Of a DNA stretch of 64,000 nt, positions 36,343 to 46,261 are shown piece after piece (the first letter of the stretch is position 1; the number at the start of each line of letters is the position of its first letter). The translations under genes were made by a program, and so were the position numbers. This DNA comes from a virus (Duplodnaviria; Heunggongvirae; Uroviricota; Caudoviricetes): positions 116,967 through 180,966 of IMG/VR virus record IMGVR_UViG_3300014208_000025; one strand, 5' to 3'. Under the pieces are notes generated by a model. The model was given only the letters and a program-made list of their open reading frames with translations. It had not been told where the DNA came from and searched no databases.

Positions 36343-37176
36343 ATGGAAACTGAAATGTCAACAATGAAAGATATTATATGGGAAGAAAACGACTCTATCA
36401 TACCACCGAAGAAATCCGTCAACGAAATAACGAAAAACGAATGCGTTACTACAACCACCACAAACGACTTGAACGGAAGCGGTCACTCAACCGATATTAC
36501 AAGAACAAAGATATCAGGAATCTACAAGATTGTCAATAAAATAAACGGAAAGTATTATGTTGGTAGTTCTAACATTATCAGTGGTAGATGGAATGGGCAT
36601 AGACATTTGTTAAATAAAAATATTCATAAAAACCCACACTTACAACTTTCTTGGAATAAATACGGAGAGAGAAATTTTGACTTCATTATTGTTGAAGAAA
36701 TTCCAAGAGAGAATCTTATTGAAGTTGAACAAAAATATCTTGATGTTGCTAAAACCGAACAACATAAATGTTACAACAAATCTTTTTTAGCAGATAGAAT
36801 TGAAATGACTTCACAAGTTATTGATAAAATTAGAGAATCAAATAGAAAACGAGTATGGTCAAAAGAATCATTACTTAAACTAAGTCAAATCCATAGAGGA
36901 CAAAAACACACAGAAGAAACAAAAAAGTTATTAAGTAAATTACTCAAAGGAAGAAAACTATCAGAAAAAACTAAAATAAAAATAGGCAAATCAAGAATTA
37001 ACTTAAAAATCTTTAAAAGGTATAATGTAAAAAATATAGAAAGCGAAGAAATTTTTAATGGAAACTATTATGATTTAGTAAAAAAATTAAATATGAGTAA
37101 GAGAAGTGTTAGCAATCTTATCAATGGTCATATAAATTTGTGTAAAAATTGGAAAATTATTTCATTACAAAACTAA
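36343..37176 (+). CDS. GIY-YIG homing endonuclease with NUMOD3
   Basis: ISGIYKIVNKINGKYYVGSS...R...E. GQKHTEETKK repeats. Confidence 0.8.
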   Translation: METEMSTMKDIIWEENDSIIPPKKSVNEITKNECVTTTTTNDLNGSGHSTDITRTKISGIYKIVNKINGKYYVGSSNIISGRWNGHRHLLNKNIHKNPHLQLSWNKYGERNFDFIIVEEIPRENLIEVEQKYLDVAKTEQHKCYNKSFLADRIEMTSQVIDKIRESNRKRVWSKESLLKLSQIHRGQKHTEETKKLLSKLLKGRKLSEKTKIKIGKSRINLKIFKRYNVKNIESEEIFNGNYYDLVKKLNMSKRSVSNLINGHINLCKNWKIISLQN

Positions 37177-38156
37177 TTTTCGGGAAAAACTCGTTGCCAC
37201 TGAACGTGTTGGAATGCACCCAAATCTTCACCGCCCGCGTAAGAAATGCTGGATTGAAGAGATTCCTTTATCTCCGTCAACCGTTCATCGTAGGTGAATC
37301 CTTCTTTTAGTTCCAAGGTTTTTCCTTCAATATGTTTGCGTAATCCCTTGGCTTCGTAAGAAGTTGACCCACGGTAAAGTTTCTTGCCATCAATGATTTT
37401 GGCTGGTGAATCAATACATGAAGCAAACCAACGACCCGACATAACCATCGTAGCTCCAAATGTCAATGCTTTGGCTATATCACCGTAATGCTTGGCTCCT
37501 CCATCCGCAATAATGGGAACGGGATAACCGATTTCAACAAGGCGAGTTTCAACCTCCAATACTGATTGTAACGTAGGCAAATGAAATCCTGTCATGAAAC
37601 GAGTGGTGCAGATTGAACCACCACCAATACCCACTTTGATAGCATCCACACCCAAACGTGCGAGATATTCGGCTCCTTCTCCTGTGGCTACGTTACCAAC
37701 AATGAGTTTGGTAGTTGGCCAACGGTGACGGACATATTTGACGGCTTCTTTAACATCTTCGTGATGACCATGAGCCACGTCAATAGTGATAAAATCAATA
37801 CGATGGCCCGACACCAAAGAATCATGAATGTCGGTTGAATATGTCTTGGTTCCAATACTTACACTAATCAAACGCCACTTTTCTTCGTTGGCAATCTTGA
37901 TAAAGGATGATGTTTTAAGTTGTGGATGAAACTCATTTTCCTGACCGAATCGATGGTAGATGTAGAAGTGGCCGCTTTCCATCAACCGTTTCGCATTCCA
38001 CGCATCAATGGTATCTTCCATATTTGCAGGAACAACGGGTAGGTTGAATGTTCGACCACAAAAGACAAGAGAGGTATCGGCTTTCGCTCGACTTTCCAAT
38101 TTAGAAAATTTGGGCCGAAGAGTCACCGTATCATAAGATAATAGAAAATCCTTCAT
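37173..38156 (-). CDS. guaC: GMP reductase (IMPDH/GMPR family, no CBS domains)
   Basis: [19 protein letters not shown] catalytic-Cys loop (IMPDH/GMPR signature GIGPGSICTTR). 327 aa TIM barrel. Confidence 0.8.
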   Translation of the reverse strand: MKDFLLSYDTVTLRPKFSKLESRAKADTSLVFCGRTFNLPVVPANMEDTIDAWNAKRLMESGHFYIYHRFGQENEFHPQLKTSSFIKIANEEKWRLISVSIGTKTYSTDIHDSLVSGHRIDFITIDVAHGHHEDVKEAVKYVRHRWPTTKLIVGNVATGEGAEYLARLGVDAIKVGIGGGSICTTRFMTGFHLPTLQSVLEVETRLVEIGYPVPIIADGGAKHYGDIAKALTFGATMVMSGRWFASCIDSPAKIIDGKKLYRGSTSYEAKGLRKHIEGKTLELKEGFTYDERLTEIKESLQSSISYAGGEDLGAFQHVQWQRVFPEN

Positions 38157-38210
38157 AGTTTGAATGGTATCTTACCATAACTGAGAAGGAAGTAAAGTTA
38201 TTATAGAATG

Positions 38211-38579
38211 TTACGGAGTTTTGAAAAACGCCCGCGATTGGAAAATTTTTTTGGAAACCGGACCAATCTCTTTATCCACTTTTTCACGATGTTCGATTTG
38301 ACCTTGAATAAAATCCTCCAACTCTTTTCCGGTATATGGAATTTCATCTTCAAGTTTGGATTGAACCGAAGGTGTTAACACAGCTTGTTTCATCTGTAAA
38401 GAATGATAAGCCTTTTTAACTGCACCACGACCGCTGGGAGTAAGTGTGGCCCATAGAAGAATCCCAGCAGCTACAAGATTTTTCATCGTTCGAAAATCTT
38501 CCGTTAAAATTGTTAGATTACTTTTGTATAAAGATTCGGCCATTGATTCCCGAATTAGTTGTTGAAGCCTAATCTGCAT
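38211..38579 (-). CDS. hypothetical protein
   Basis: ORF only. Confidence 0.3.
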   Translation of the reverse strand: MQIRLQQLIRESMAESLYKSNLTILTEDFRTMKNLVAAGILLWATLTPSGRGAVKKAYHSLQMKQAVLTPSVQSKLEDEIPYTGKELEDFIQGQIEHREKVDKEIGPVSKKIFQSRAFFKTP

Positions 38580-38587
38580 AAATCAGA

Positions 38588-39397
38588 TTAAGAACCTTTG
38601 ACCATAATAGGCGAGACGTAGGCAGTAATATCATATCGGTCGAGGGGTTGTTCTACTGACCCAGCTCCGTGTGCGGTGATTTGACCGGTCAGCACAGCCG
38701 GTTTACCGTTTTTGTTGGTGAACGGAATAGAAATTTGCCATTCCTTGAATTTAGGCATCCCATTCGAACTATCCGACTGTCCTCCATATTTGGTACTTGT
38801 AATGGAAACCTCCAATCCCAATCCCTGCAACTTATTGAAAATCTTGTGTATTGCTTCCCAACTATTATCAGAAAACAATCCTTTTGAAAGTGACGACAAA
38901 ACTTTGTTGACTCGTCCAGCTGCAACCACATTGGATTGTCCGTTAATCAAATGTTGGTCGCCAACGTCAGTTTCTCTTATCGTTGATTCTCGTTCAAGAG
39001 TTACAATTTCATATCCCTGTCGAAGATATTTGGAAACGTTTTCAGGCTTTAGTTGAATTCTACCTCCGGTATCTTTGTTGTCAATCCAGTAAACATCTTG
39101 TCCACTTTGGCGGTCTTTGAAAATAATATCATCATTTTCAGATTCATCTATACCACTAAATTCTTTTACCCCCATTGAATCATAATATGCTTGTGGGTCA
39201 AACTTTCCATTCTTACATCCGGGAACATCACACGAAACTGTGTGAGTGTCATCTACGCCACTGTTGCTTCTTCCACCCAAGTCCTTTAGTTTTGTCGTGT
39301 AATGTCCCTGACCCTTACATTTTTGACAATCACCTTTAGTTGTTAAGGCTTCACGCAAAATGGCTTTAACCAAAATTTTGAGTTGGGTTTCTTTCAT
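38588..39397 (-). CDS. hypothetical protein with leader-like N-terminus and Cys cluster (candidate capsid internal protein)
   Basis: MKETQLKILVKAILRE. CQKCKGQGH. Immediately downstream of the prohead protease gene. Confidence 0.35.
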   Translation of the reverse strand: MKETQLKILVKAILREALTTKGDCQKCKGQGHYTTKLKDLGGRSNSGVDDTHTVSCDVPGCKNGKFDPQAYYDSMGVKEFSGIDESENDDIIFKDRQSGQDVYWIDNKDTGGRIQLKPENVSKYLRQGYEIVTLERESTIRETDVGDQHLINGQSNVVAAGRVNKVLSSLSKGLFSDNSWEAIHKIFNKLQGLGLEVSITSTKYGGQSDSSNGMPKFKEWQISIPFTNKNGKPAVLTGQITAHGAGSVEQPLDRYDITAYVSPIMVKGS

Positions 39398-39402
39398 GGT
39401 TA

Positions 39403-40020
39403 TTACTTCCCAATTTCAGTAAGAATGTCACGAACAATGGATTCGGCATGCTCCCACTTATTCGTAACCGGGTTCTTTATCATACCTTCATTGATGTTGC
39501 CACTTGGAAACATGAAAGCTCCACGAGTAGATGGATTAGAAACGAAGTCGAAAGCAATCAATTCAAAGTCATCTTGAACAATGTCGGCTTGCTCACGCAT
39601 ATCCTTTTGTACCGTGCCCATACCACGACTGGAAATACCAAGCCGGATATTGGCTCGGAACAATTCTTTGAGAATGTTACCGTTAGGAGTAGGCAACACT
39701 TCAATCGAACCAATCAAGTTATCACCTTCCCAATGGACTTCAAGAACGTTATGTGAAACGTTTTGAAGATTGACCACCGAAGATTCTGGGTGGTCAAGTT
39801 CGCCTAATGCACGTCGTTCTTTTACAAAGTTTTCAGTATATTTTGAGGCTTCACGTAGCAAAACGTTTTTAGTATAAACCCGTCCGTTTTGGTTCTTAAC
39901 ACCGGAACGTTGAAGAATACCCTTTACTACCAATCGGCGATTTGGGTCGTCATTAGTATTTTCAAAGAGATTATCTTTTACATAATCAAACGCAATACAA
40001 TCTACCAACAATTGTTTCAT
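39403..40020 (-). CDS. prohead core protease (T4 gp21 / peptidase S77-like)
   Basis: GELDHPESS and LGISSRGMG (candidate catalytic His/Ser, as remembered for gp21). Size 205 aa. Position between internal-protein-like genes and downstream of the portal. Confidence 0.55.
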   Translation of the reverse strand: MKQLLVDCIAFDYVKDNLFENTNDDPNRRLVVKGILQRSGVKNQNGRVYTKNVLLREASKYTENFVKERRALGELDHPESSVVNLQNVSHNVLEVHWEGDNLIGSIEVLPTPNGNILKELFRANIRLGISSRGMGTVQKDMREQADIVQDDFELIAFDFVSNPSTRGAFMFPSGNINEGMIKNPVTNKWEHAESIVRDILTEIGK

Positions 40021-41129
40021 ATATCCAATCCTCCATTCAATTCAAAATTGAATATGTAAGTCCTACCCGCTGGTTGAATATTAACATATCCATGACTAAA
40101 TGGTTCACCGGGGCCACCTGAACGTCGTTCTTCGGTTTTAACAAATAGTTCAAATTCTTTCGGATCAAAATCCTTTCCCAAAATATCAATCGGAATTCGT
40201 AATCGATATTGATTGCTATACATACCATCGTGGTCATGACCCGATGAACGTGCCCGTGTAACAAACGGTCTTACATCAAAACGATTGTTATTTGTAAATT
40301 CAGAAAACAGGCGACCAAGAGCTTGTTGAGCATCATCTTTACTCAACAAAATTTTGCCCACGTTTTCATCACCCTCTCCAGCCGTTTCTTCGGCAACGGG
40401 TGCGGGAGCTACCACCTTCTTCTTTTTCTTCAATGGTAAAGGTGGTTGTTCTGGTTTAGCTGGTTGAGTTGGAGCTGTTGGCTGGCCTTGTGGAGCTTGT
40501 GGTTCAGGCTTGACCGTGGGTTCAGGAGCCGGTGCTTCTGGTGCTGCTGGTTCTTCAGCAGGGGCTTCCGGTTTTGGAGTTGGGGCTGGTGGTTCCGGTG
40601 CTTTCGGCGGTTCATTTGGAGCCTCTTGACCCGCCTCAGGTTCTTCCGCACCCGGTTCAACGGCTTGACCGCCAGTTTCAATCTTGATATTGATACCCGG
40701 CGTTAGGAAAAACTTCTTGTCATTTTCATCACTAACAATGACTACCCAATCCTTATACCAAAATTCAACACTAACCTTCTTAACGTTATCAATGGTATAA
40801 TCCGTCTTTGGTTGTCCATAACCGCGTGATGCGTTAGCCACAACTTTCTTACCCAACATCATCTTGTTCATTTTGTCCAACAACTTTTTCTTCGCTGCAG
40901 ATTCAGCCTTGTTCTTCGTATCTTCAAAGGCACGAAAATCCCGTGTGAAATCGTATTCGGATGGGTCTTCGGGAGTAGGTGCGGTATCTGGTCTTGCCGC
41001 CGAAATTGGCTCTTGAGGAGTTGGCGACGATGTGGGGGCGCCTTGAGCAGGCACAGGAGCCGAAACAGGTGTTCCCGGAGGCTGCGGAGCTTGTTCAGTT
41101 ACGTTTAATAGTTCTTTCAGTTTTATCAT
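40017..41129 (-). CDS. MIKLK-leader protein with long Pro/Ala/Glu-rich linker (candidate prohead core/internal protein)
   Basis: MIKLKELLNVTE. PEPPAPTPKPEAPAEEPAAPEAPAPEP low-complexity region. Confidence 0.4.
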   Translation of the reverse strand: MIKLKELLNVTEQAPQPPGTPVSAPVPAQGAPTSSPTPQEPISAARPDTAPTPEDPSEYDFTRDFRAFEDTKNKAESAAKKKLLDKMNKMMLGKKVVANASRGYGQPKTDYTIDNVKKVSVEFWYKDWVVIVSDENDKKFFLTPGINIKIETGGQAVEPGAEEPEAGQEAPNEPPKAPEPPAPTPKPEAPAEEPAAPEAPAPEPTVKPEPQAPQGQPTAPTQPAKPEQPPLPLKKKKKVVAPAPVAEETAGEGDENVGKILLSKDDAQQALGRLFSEFTNNNRFDVRPFVTRARSSGHDHDGMYSNQYRLRIPIDILGKDFDPKEFELFVKTEERRSGGPGEPFSHGYVNIQPAGRTYIFNFELNGGLDI

Positions 41130-41193
41130 ATCGTTTACATTTTTGAAATTGTATTATTACAAACATTACAATTTTTACTTAAAGCTGAATTTT

Positions 41194-42123
41194 TCATACT
41201 CTCGGAGAATCTCCAACAACTTTGTATCCCATTTTCTTAGTAATATCTGTTGCTCTTTTGCTGCCGTTTTTATTCTTGGTAAAAGCAAATGGCGTCGAGT
41301 AACCAGCAACTCCACCTGTGGATGACATTTCATCCAATTCAGATTTCGATTGCAAACGTGCAGGAACTATTTGAAAATTCCTAACAAACCAACCTCTTCC
41401 ATCTTTATCTCCAATCCACCCTCTTTTTCCATCCCACTGACTAAGTGTAAAAATTTCCTTATTATTACCTGCATATTGCGGTGTTAATTTGACTTTATCT
41501 CCATTTTTAAAATTGAAAGATTCTTCGTCATTTTCGTCATTTTCCTTAATATTTCCTTTCAATTTCTGAATAGCTTGGTCAGAATAACCCTTGCTCTTCA
41601 AAAATGAACGGGCTTCTTCCTTGTTCATTCCACCCATGACATTCGCTCCGGCATCAGCCATCTTGAGGGTTTGTAGAGCGATTCTCAATTGGTGTTTTTC
41701 TGGAACACTCAAATTCCTGACGCCTTCCAAATTGACGGCTTTCATGTTATTGGTGATACCATCTTTGAAATCGGAAGAATCCTCTTTCTTGATGGGATTC
41801 TTGGAAATCTTTGGAATCAATGCTTTGACCACGGCCAAATCCTTGGCATACTTTGGATTACGAGCAAGCAACTTCTCACCTTTATTCAAACATTGTAGCA
41901 CAAAATCACGACCGAAAAATCCTACCGTCTTGTCATCGGGCATCGGGTGGCCACCCTTGGAAAATGTGTTGATTGCCATTCGCATCATCTTCAACTCATC
42001 AGGAGAATACTTGATGCCTAAATCATCCAAATACACTGTGCCCGGAACTTTTTCTTCCGCAATACTCGATTGCCATTCCTTGATGACATTTTTGACCAAG
42101 GTTTTAAGTTGTGACAGTTTCAT
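41194..42123 (-). CDS. leader-bearing hypothetical protein (candidate internal protein)
   Basis: MKLSQLKTLVKNVIKE N-terminus. Confidence 0.35.
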   Translation of the reverse strand: MKLSQLKTLVKNVIKEWQSSIAEEKVPGTVYLDDLGIKYSPDELKMMRMAINTFSKGGHPMPDDKTVGFFGRDFVLQCLNKGEKLLARNPKYAKDLAVVKALIPKISKNPIKKEDSSDFKDGITNNMKAVNLEGVRNLSVPEKHQLRIALQTLKMADAGANVMGGMNKEEARSFLKSKGYSDQAIQKLKGNIKENDENDEESFNFKNGDKVKLTPQYAGNNKEIFTLSQWDGKRGWIGDKDGRGWFVRNFQIVPARLQSKSELDEMSSTGGVAGYSTPFAFTKNKNGSKRATDITKKMGYKVVGDSPRV

Positions 42124-43000
42124 TCGGTGTTCCTTCGATTTGAGCTTTGATTTCTTTCAACAATTCGTATGAAAGCAAAACAACCATAACCTGAGAATCC
42201 TTGACCAACTTGGCTGGTTTCACCTTATCCAACTGTTTCACAACCTCGTTAATCTTGATTTTGACTACGTTGTTGTCAGTAACCTTTTTAGATATTTCGG
42301 CCAGTTGACCTTTGATGTCATCAATACGGGCTCCCAAATATGATCCGAGAGAATTCGTGTTGGAAATGTTGTTGATGTATTCTCGCAAGACCAACTTCTG
42401 ATTTTCATCCAAAGTTTTGTATTTCTTGTTCATTCCATCAATCAACATCTTGTATGACAGAAGACGAATATCCTCATTCTGCTTGGAATAGAACGACATC
42501 AAATCTTCCGGTCCTGCTGCCTTCGGTTTGTCAACGATGTGTTCGACGATACACGTCTTCGCTTGGTAAATTTCCTTAACGTCAAATTTCAAATCCTTGG
42601 AAGAAGCATCCTCGAAGAGTTTGAATATAGAGGCGAGCGTTCGGTAGTTCTTGATACTGGCTTTAAGAAAATCATCAATCGGATACAACTCTTTGATTTC
42701 TTTGATTAAATTGTATTTTTCCCCGGCGAGTTTACTGTTACTAAGCTTCTTGCGTTGTTCGACAATGACAGTAAGAAATCTTTCTGCGTGGACGTTCTCT
42801 CTGACTTTTTCGTTTAGAAGAAAGTTGTAAAGACGCCATTCCTTGCCCAATTCGGTATGTTCCTTAAAATACCTAAACAACAAATTTTTGGCTTCTGAAT
42901 CATCTTTCCCAGCAATAATGTCTGCTGTTATCTGACGAGTCAGTAGCTCAAACAAGATGCCGGTATTTCTAAACTTTGAGTGGCGTAGTGTCCTTAGCAT
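42104..43000 (-). CDS. hypothetical helical protein (possible head morphogenesis protein)
   Basis: Immediately downstream of the portal, the position occupied by prohead core genes in T4. Confidence 0.3.
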   Translation of the reverse strand: MLRTLRHSKFRNTGILFELLTRQITADIIAGKDDSEAKNLLFRYFKEHTELGKEWRLYNFLLNEKVRENVHAERFLTVIVEQRKKLSNSKLAGEKYNLIKEIKELYPIDDFLKASIKNYRTLASIFKLFEDASSKDLKFDVKEIYQAKTCIVEHIVDKPKAAGPEDLMSFYSKQNEDIRLLSYKMLIDGMNKKYKTLDENQKLVLREYINNISNTNSLGSYLGARIDDIKGQLAEISKKVTDNNVVKIKINEVVKQLDKVKPAKLVKDSQVMVVLLSYELLKEIKAQIEGTPNETVTT

Positions 43001-43063
43001 ATATTAAACTCTTCTTACTTAGATATAAATAGGGTTTCGTGTATGGAAAATGTATTATTTCAG

Positions 43064-46000
43064 TTATTCCCCAAGGATGTTGGTTTCGTCTAACATTGAC
43101 TTGCGACCCGTTGATTCAGCCTCTTTAATCAACTCTTTTTTTTCCTTTTTTGTCTTATCCAAGAAACCTTGCAGATTTTTGAGTAAACCACCGCCTCTTT
43201 TTGACTCCAAATGTAACGGGGAGTCGTTTTTCCATGTGTGAGTCAACTCACGGCCGGACCTTGTCTTGGCCTTATTTTCCAAGTCTCCCCGAGGGTCTTC
43301 CCCAAATGGATAGTCGGTAGCCTTTTTGTTACCTTTTTGTGATGGTCTTACATAACCGTCAGCATGTTCACCATGTTTTTCGGTTACATTCGTCTTTTCT
43401 TCCAATGGAGGAAGACCTTCTGGACCACCAGATTCACCTCCCGGCAAGCCTAAATCACCTTCCGGACTTCCGCCGCCACCTAAATCTGTCGGACCACCTC
43501 TGGCTCCGCCCGGATTACCGTCACCAGCATTCGGATTGATTTTCTTAAATGGTTTCGCAGGGTCGTTGCCCTCTTCTTCAATAGACTTAAACCTCCAACC
43601 CTGTTTGGAATCTTCCACCATCTGGTCAAGCAACGCTTCGGAATCATCTTCCGATAGATTGAATACGTTCTTGTAAATCCAATCCTTGGAAAAAATCTTG
43701 CTTTCCATCATGTTCTTGGCCAACTCGGTCTTGTTGCTCCAAACTTCAATCTTTTCCTTTTCAAAGATGGTAGATGGGTTAGTAAGCTCAAGTTTGAAAT
43801 TAACCAAACTCTCGTCACGATAACCTTGCGAATACAAATGGACGATAGCAATCTTTTCAAGTTCTGAAACGAGGACTTTTTGAATTCGTCCGATAGTCTT
43901 GGCAAAACGCACGTCTTCGGAGGCCAAAGTGGCTTTACCGGAAAGTTCTTCTTCATAACCCAAAAACGCCTTTGGAATCTTCAAAGCGGCCATTAGCTTG
44001 TTACGCAGATATTCGATATCGTCAATACCTGTGAATTCCATACCACTCAAAGTATCAATGGAAGTTCCACTGTCACTACCACGAACTGGTAAATAGAAAT
44101 CTTCAACCATGTTTTGCAGGTTGAAACGAAGGTTATAATCGCCCGTGTTCGGGTCAATATACGGTACTTTTTTCATTTTGGAGATTGCCTTCTCCATAAA
44201 TGTGTCAACATCTTGTGGTGGAATGTTACCGACATCCAGCTTGAAAATACGCTTCTCAGGAGCACGCATGATACGATGGATTAACATAGCGTCTTCCATC
44301 AATGATAATTGCTTCCAAACTCGACGAGCACCTTCCATCATAGATTTACCATATGGTAGGAAGTTGGAATCGGAAAGCAGTCTAAAGTGAGCACACTCAA
44401 AAGATTCGAGAGTTTCTACCTGTGATGTATCGGTAGGACGGATTTGGAACTTAACATAGTTCTTGTTAAGCGGATCGGTGTTTTCAAGACGTTCAACATT
44501 GTAAGCGGAAATGGGTTCGATTTGATAGACGCCGTATTCAGGGGAGATATACAATCGCATGTAGAAGTCACCATACTTACAGACGTTGCGAGTCCACGAC
44601 CAAAGGTTGTGTTCAATATTCAACACATCATAAAACAAGTTGGTTAGAATGCCTTTGATATTGTCATCTTCGGCATGGACGACAAGGATTTTACCCAACT
44701 CATTTGCGGACAAACATTCGTCGGCGTAAATATCAAGAGCGGATGCTAGGATCGGGTCCATATCCATCGTATTCGAAATTATACAACTATCAGTCGCAAA
44801 GTTGGCAAACTGTTCAACGGTAACATCATACACATCAATAGGGCCAATGGATTCAATTGATTTAATTTTATGATTCAACGTAGAAACGACATCATTTTTA
44901 AATGTATTCCAATCACAATTAGAGTATTTAAATCTATTTTGTATGGTTGTATAATCGCAACCAACATCTTTTATTAACCCCCACAAAGTTAGATTTCCAT
45001 TTTGCTTGTAATACTCAGTTGCTTTAACTTTTAGAACTTCTATGGTTAAATCATTACGGTATTTTGGATTTTTGTTTCCAGTTTGATCCCTATTAACAAA
45101 TACTTCTTTAAGTGTTTCAGAACGTTTTTTATTAGATTCGTCGGAATGAGTCTTACCGAAAAATGGATTGTTTTCTCCTTTCCTCTCACCATTCCACTTA
45201 TGACATTTTCTATTTTTATAACCATCTGAATTAAACATTTTTTCCAATGTTTTTTGTTTGTTTTCAGGACGCCACATTTCATGGGCAATTTTCCTATGAT
45301 AATCTAAATGATCCGATTTGGTCATGATTTGAAGATTATCCGGTAAATTATATGTTTTATTAAAATTTTTGTGATGGACACATTCATTAGTCAAAATAGG
45401 TTTGTAAAATTGTTCCGCCACAATTTTGTGTTCGGCTTGCCATCCTTTTGAAAAGTTATAAATACAATTATATCCATGATAATTTTTCTGGTAAAACGGC
45501 ATTACTGAATCTCCAACTTTCAAATCTACAATCTTTTTGTATTCACCGTTCCTCATTAAAAATGGATGTTTTATGCTTCCAATAACATATTGACCATTAT
45601 CAAAGGTTACTTTATATCCCATTCTCGTTCCACCCCCCTTTTTACGAGGATGAAATGCTTTTCCTAACTTGATTGATTTTGATACATGGTCATAAGAAAA
45701 CACATAGAATCTTTCTTGAGGCTTATCTTTGTACTTTTCTGCCAGTTCTTTAATAGTGGGCCTTGATCCATCTGGTAATGGAATGATAGTATCTGGTCCT
45801 ACACAATCGTAGTCCCGGAACAAATCAATTCTGGCAGCTTGGTAGGCGAGCGAAAAATCTCTTGTGTAGGCGTTGTAAGAAGTGGAACGAACCCGGTTGA
45901 AACGGTCACGGAGACTGTTTCGGTCGGTAGCATACATCAAGTCGCTTGTGTCCTTGACTTTGAGTTTTTTACCACCGACATTTCTTACTACTACACCGGA

Positions 46001-46099
46001 AGCAAAAAGTTTCTTTAAGCGAGCGAATAGTGAACGTTGTTTAACGTCAATTTCGTCGTGATTTCCGGTTGTTTCTGGTCTAAGTACTTGGTTTGCCAT
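43064..46099 (-). CDS. portal protein (T4 gp20-like) interrupted by an intein
   Basis: HRIMRAPEKRIFKLDVGNIPPQDVD (T4 [20 protein letters not shown]). Gly-rich C-terminus. Intein blocks as given in the intein feature. Confidence 0.75.
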   Translation of the reverse strand: MANQVLRPETTGNHDEIDVKQRSLFARLKKLFASGVVVRNVGGKKLKVKDTSDLMYATDRNSLRDRFNRVRSTSYNAYTRDFSLAYQAARIDLFRDYDCVGPDTIIPLPDGSRPTIKELAEKYKDKPQERFYVFSYDHVSKSIKLGKAFHPRKKGGGTRMGYKVTFDNGQYVIGSIKHPFLMRNGEYKKIVDLKVGDSVMPFYQKNYHGYNCIYNFSKGWQAEHKIVAEQFYKPILTNECVHHKNFNKTYNLPDNLQIMTKSDHLDYHRKIAHEMWRPENKQKTLEKMFNSDGYKNRKCHKWNGERKGENNPFFGKTHSDESNKKRSETLKEVFVNRDQTGNKNPKYRNDLTIEVLKVKATEYYKQNGNLTLWGLIKDVGCDYTTIQNRFKYSNCDWNTFKNDVVSTLNHKIKSIESIGPIDVYDVTVEQFANFATDSCIISNTMDMDPILASALDIYADECLSANELGKILVVHAEDDNIKGILTNLFYDVLNIEHNLWSWTRNVCKYGDFYMRLYISPEYGVYQIEPISAYNVERLENTDPLNKNYVKFQIRPTDTSQVETLESFECAHFRLLSDSNFLPYGKSMMEGARRVWKQLSLMEDAMLIHRIMRAPEKRIFKLDVGNIPPQDVDTFMEKAISKMKKVPYIDPNTGDYNLRFNLQNMVEDFYLPVRGSDSGTSIDTLSGMEFTGIDDIEYLRNKLMAALKIPKAFLGYEEELSGKATLASEDVRFAKTIGRIQKVLVSELEKIAIVHLYSQGYRDESLVNFKLELTNPSTIFEKEKIEVWSNKTELAKNMMESKIFSKDWIYKNVFNLSEDDSEALLDQMVEDSKQGWRFKSIEEEGNDPAKPFKKINPNAGDGNPGGARGGPTDLGGGGSPEGDLGLPGGESGGPEGLPPLEEKTNVTEKHGEHADGYVRPSQKGNKKATDYPFGEDPRGDLENKAKTRSGRELTHTWKNDSPLHLESKRGGGLLKNLQGFLDKTKKEKKELIKEAESTGRKSMLDETNILGE
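44771..45805 (-). mobile_element. intein (345 aa) with HNH endonuclease domain and NUMOD3, inserted in the portal gene
   Basis: N-terminal splice block C-VGPDTII. Block B VTFDNGQYVIGSIKH (T...H). HNH-like CVHHKNFNKTYNLPDNLQIMTKSDHLDYH. GENNPFFGKTHSDE. C-terminal block VYDVTVEQFANFATDSCIISN followed by Thr at +1. Penultimate His is absent. Confidence 0.65.
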
Positions 46100-46261
46100 G
46101 TGGTTTCCTTTTGTTATCGGCTGTGTGTATGTGTTTTATCGGTTAATAGCCTACAAGACTATTAACCAACTATAAATATGATGTGTTTTGTTAAGAAACA
46201 ACTTTCCATCCTTTATGATAAGAGTATTTTCCACAACAATCTGATTAACTAAGATAAATCT

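Noticed and set aside
46141-46170. Perfect 9-bp inverted repeat ggttaatag...ctattaacc between terL and portal as a terminator
   Set aside because: No U-run follows on the transcribed (minus) strand. More likely a regulatory hairpin or an RNase site. Left unannotated.
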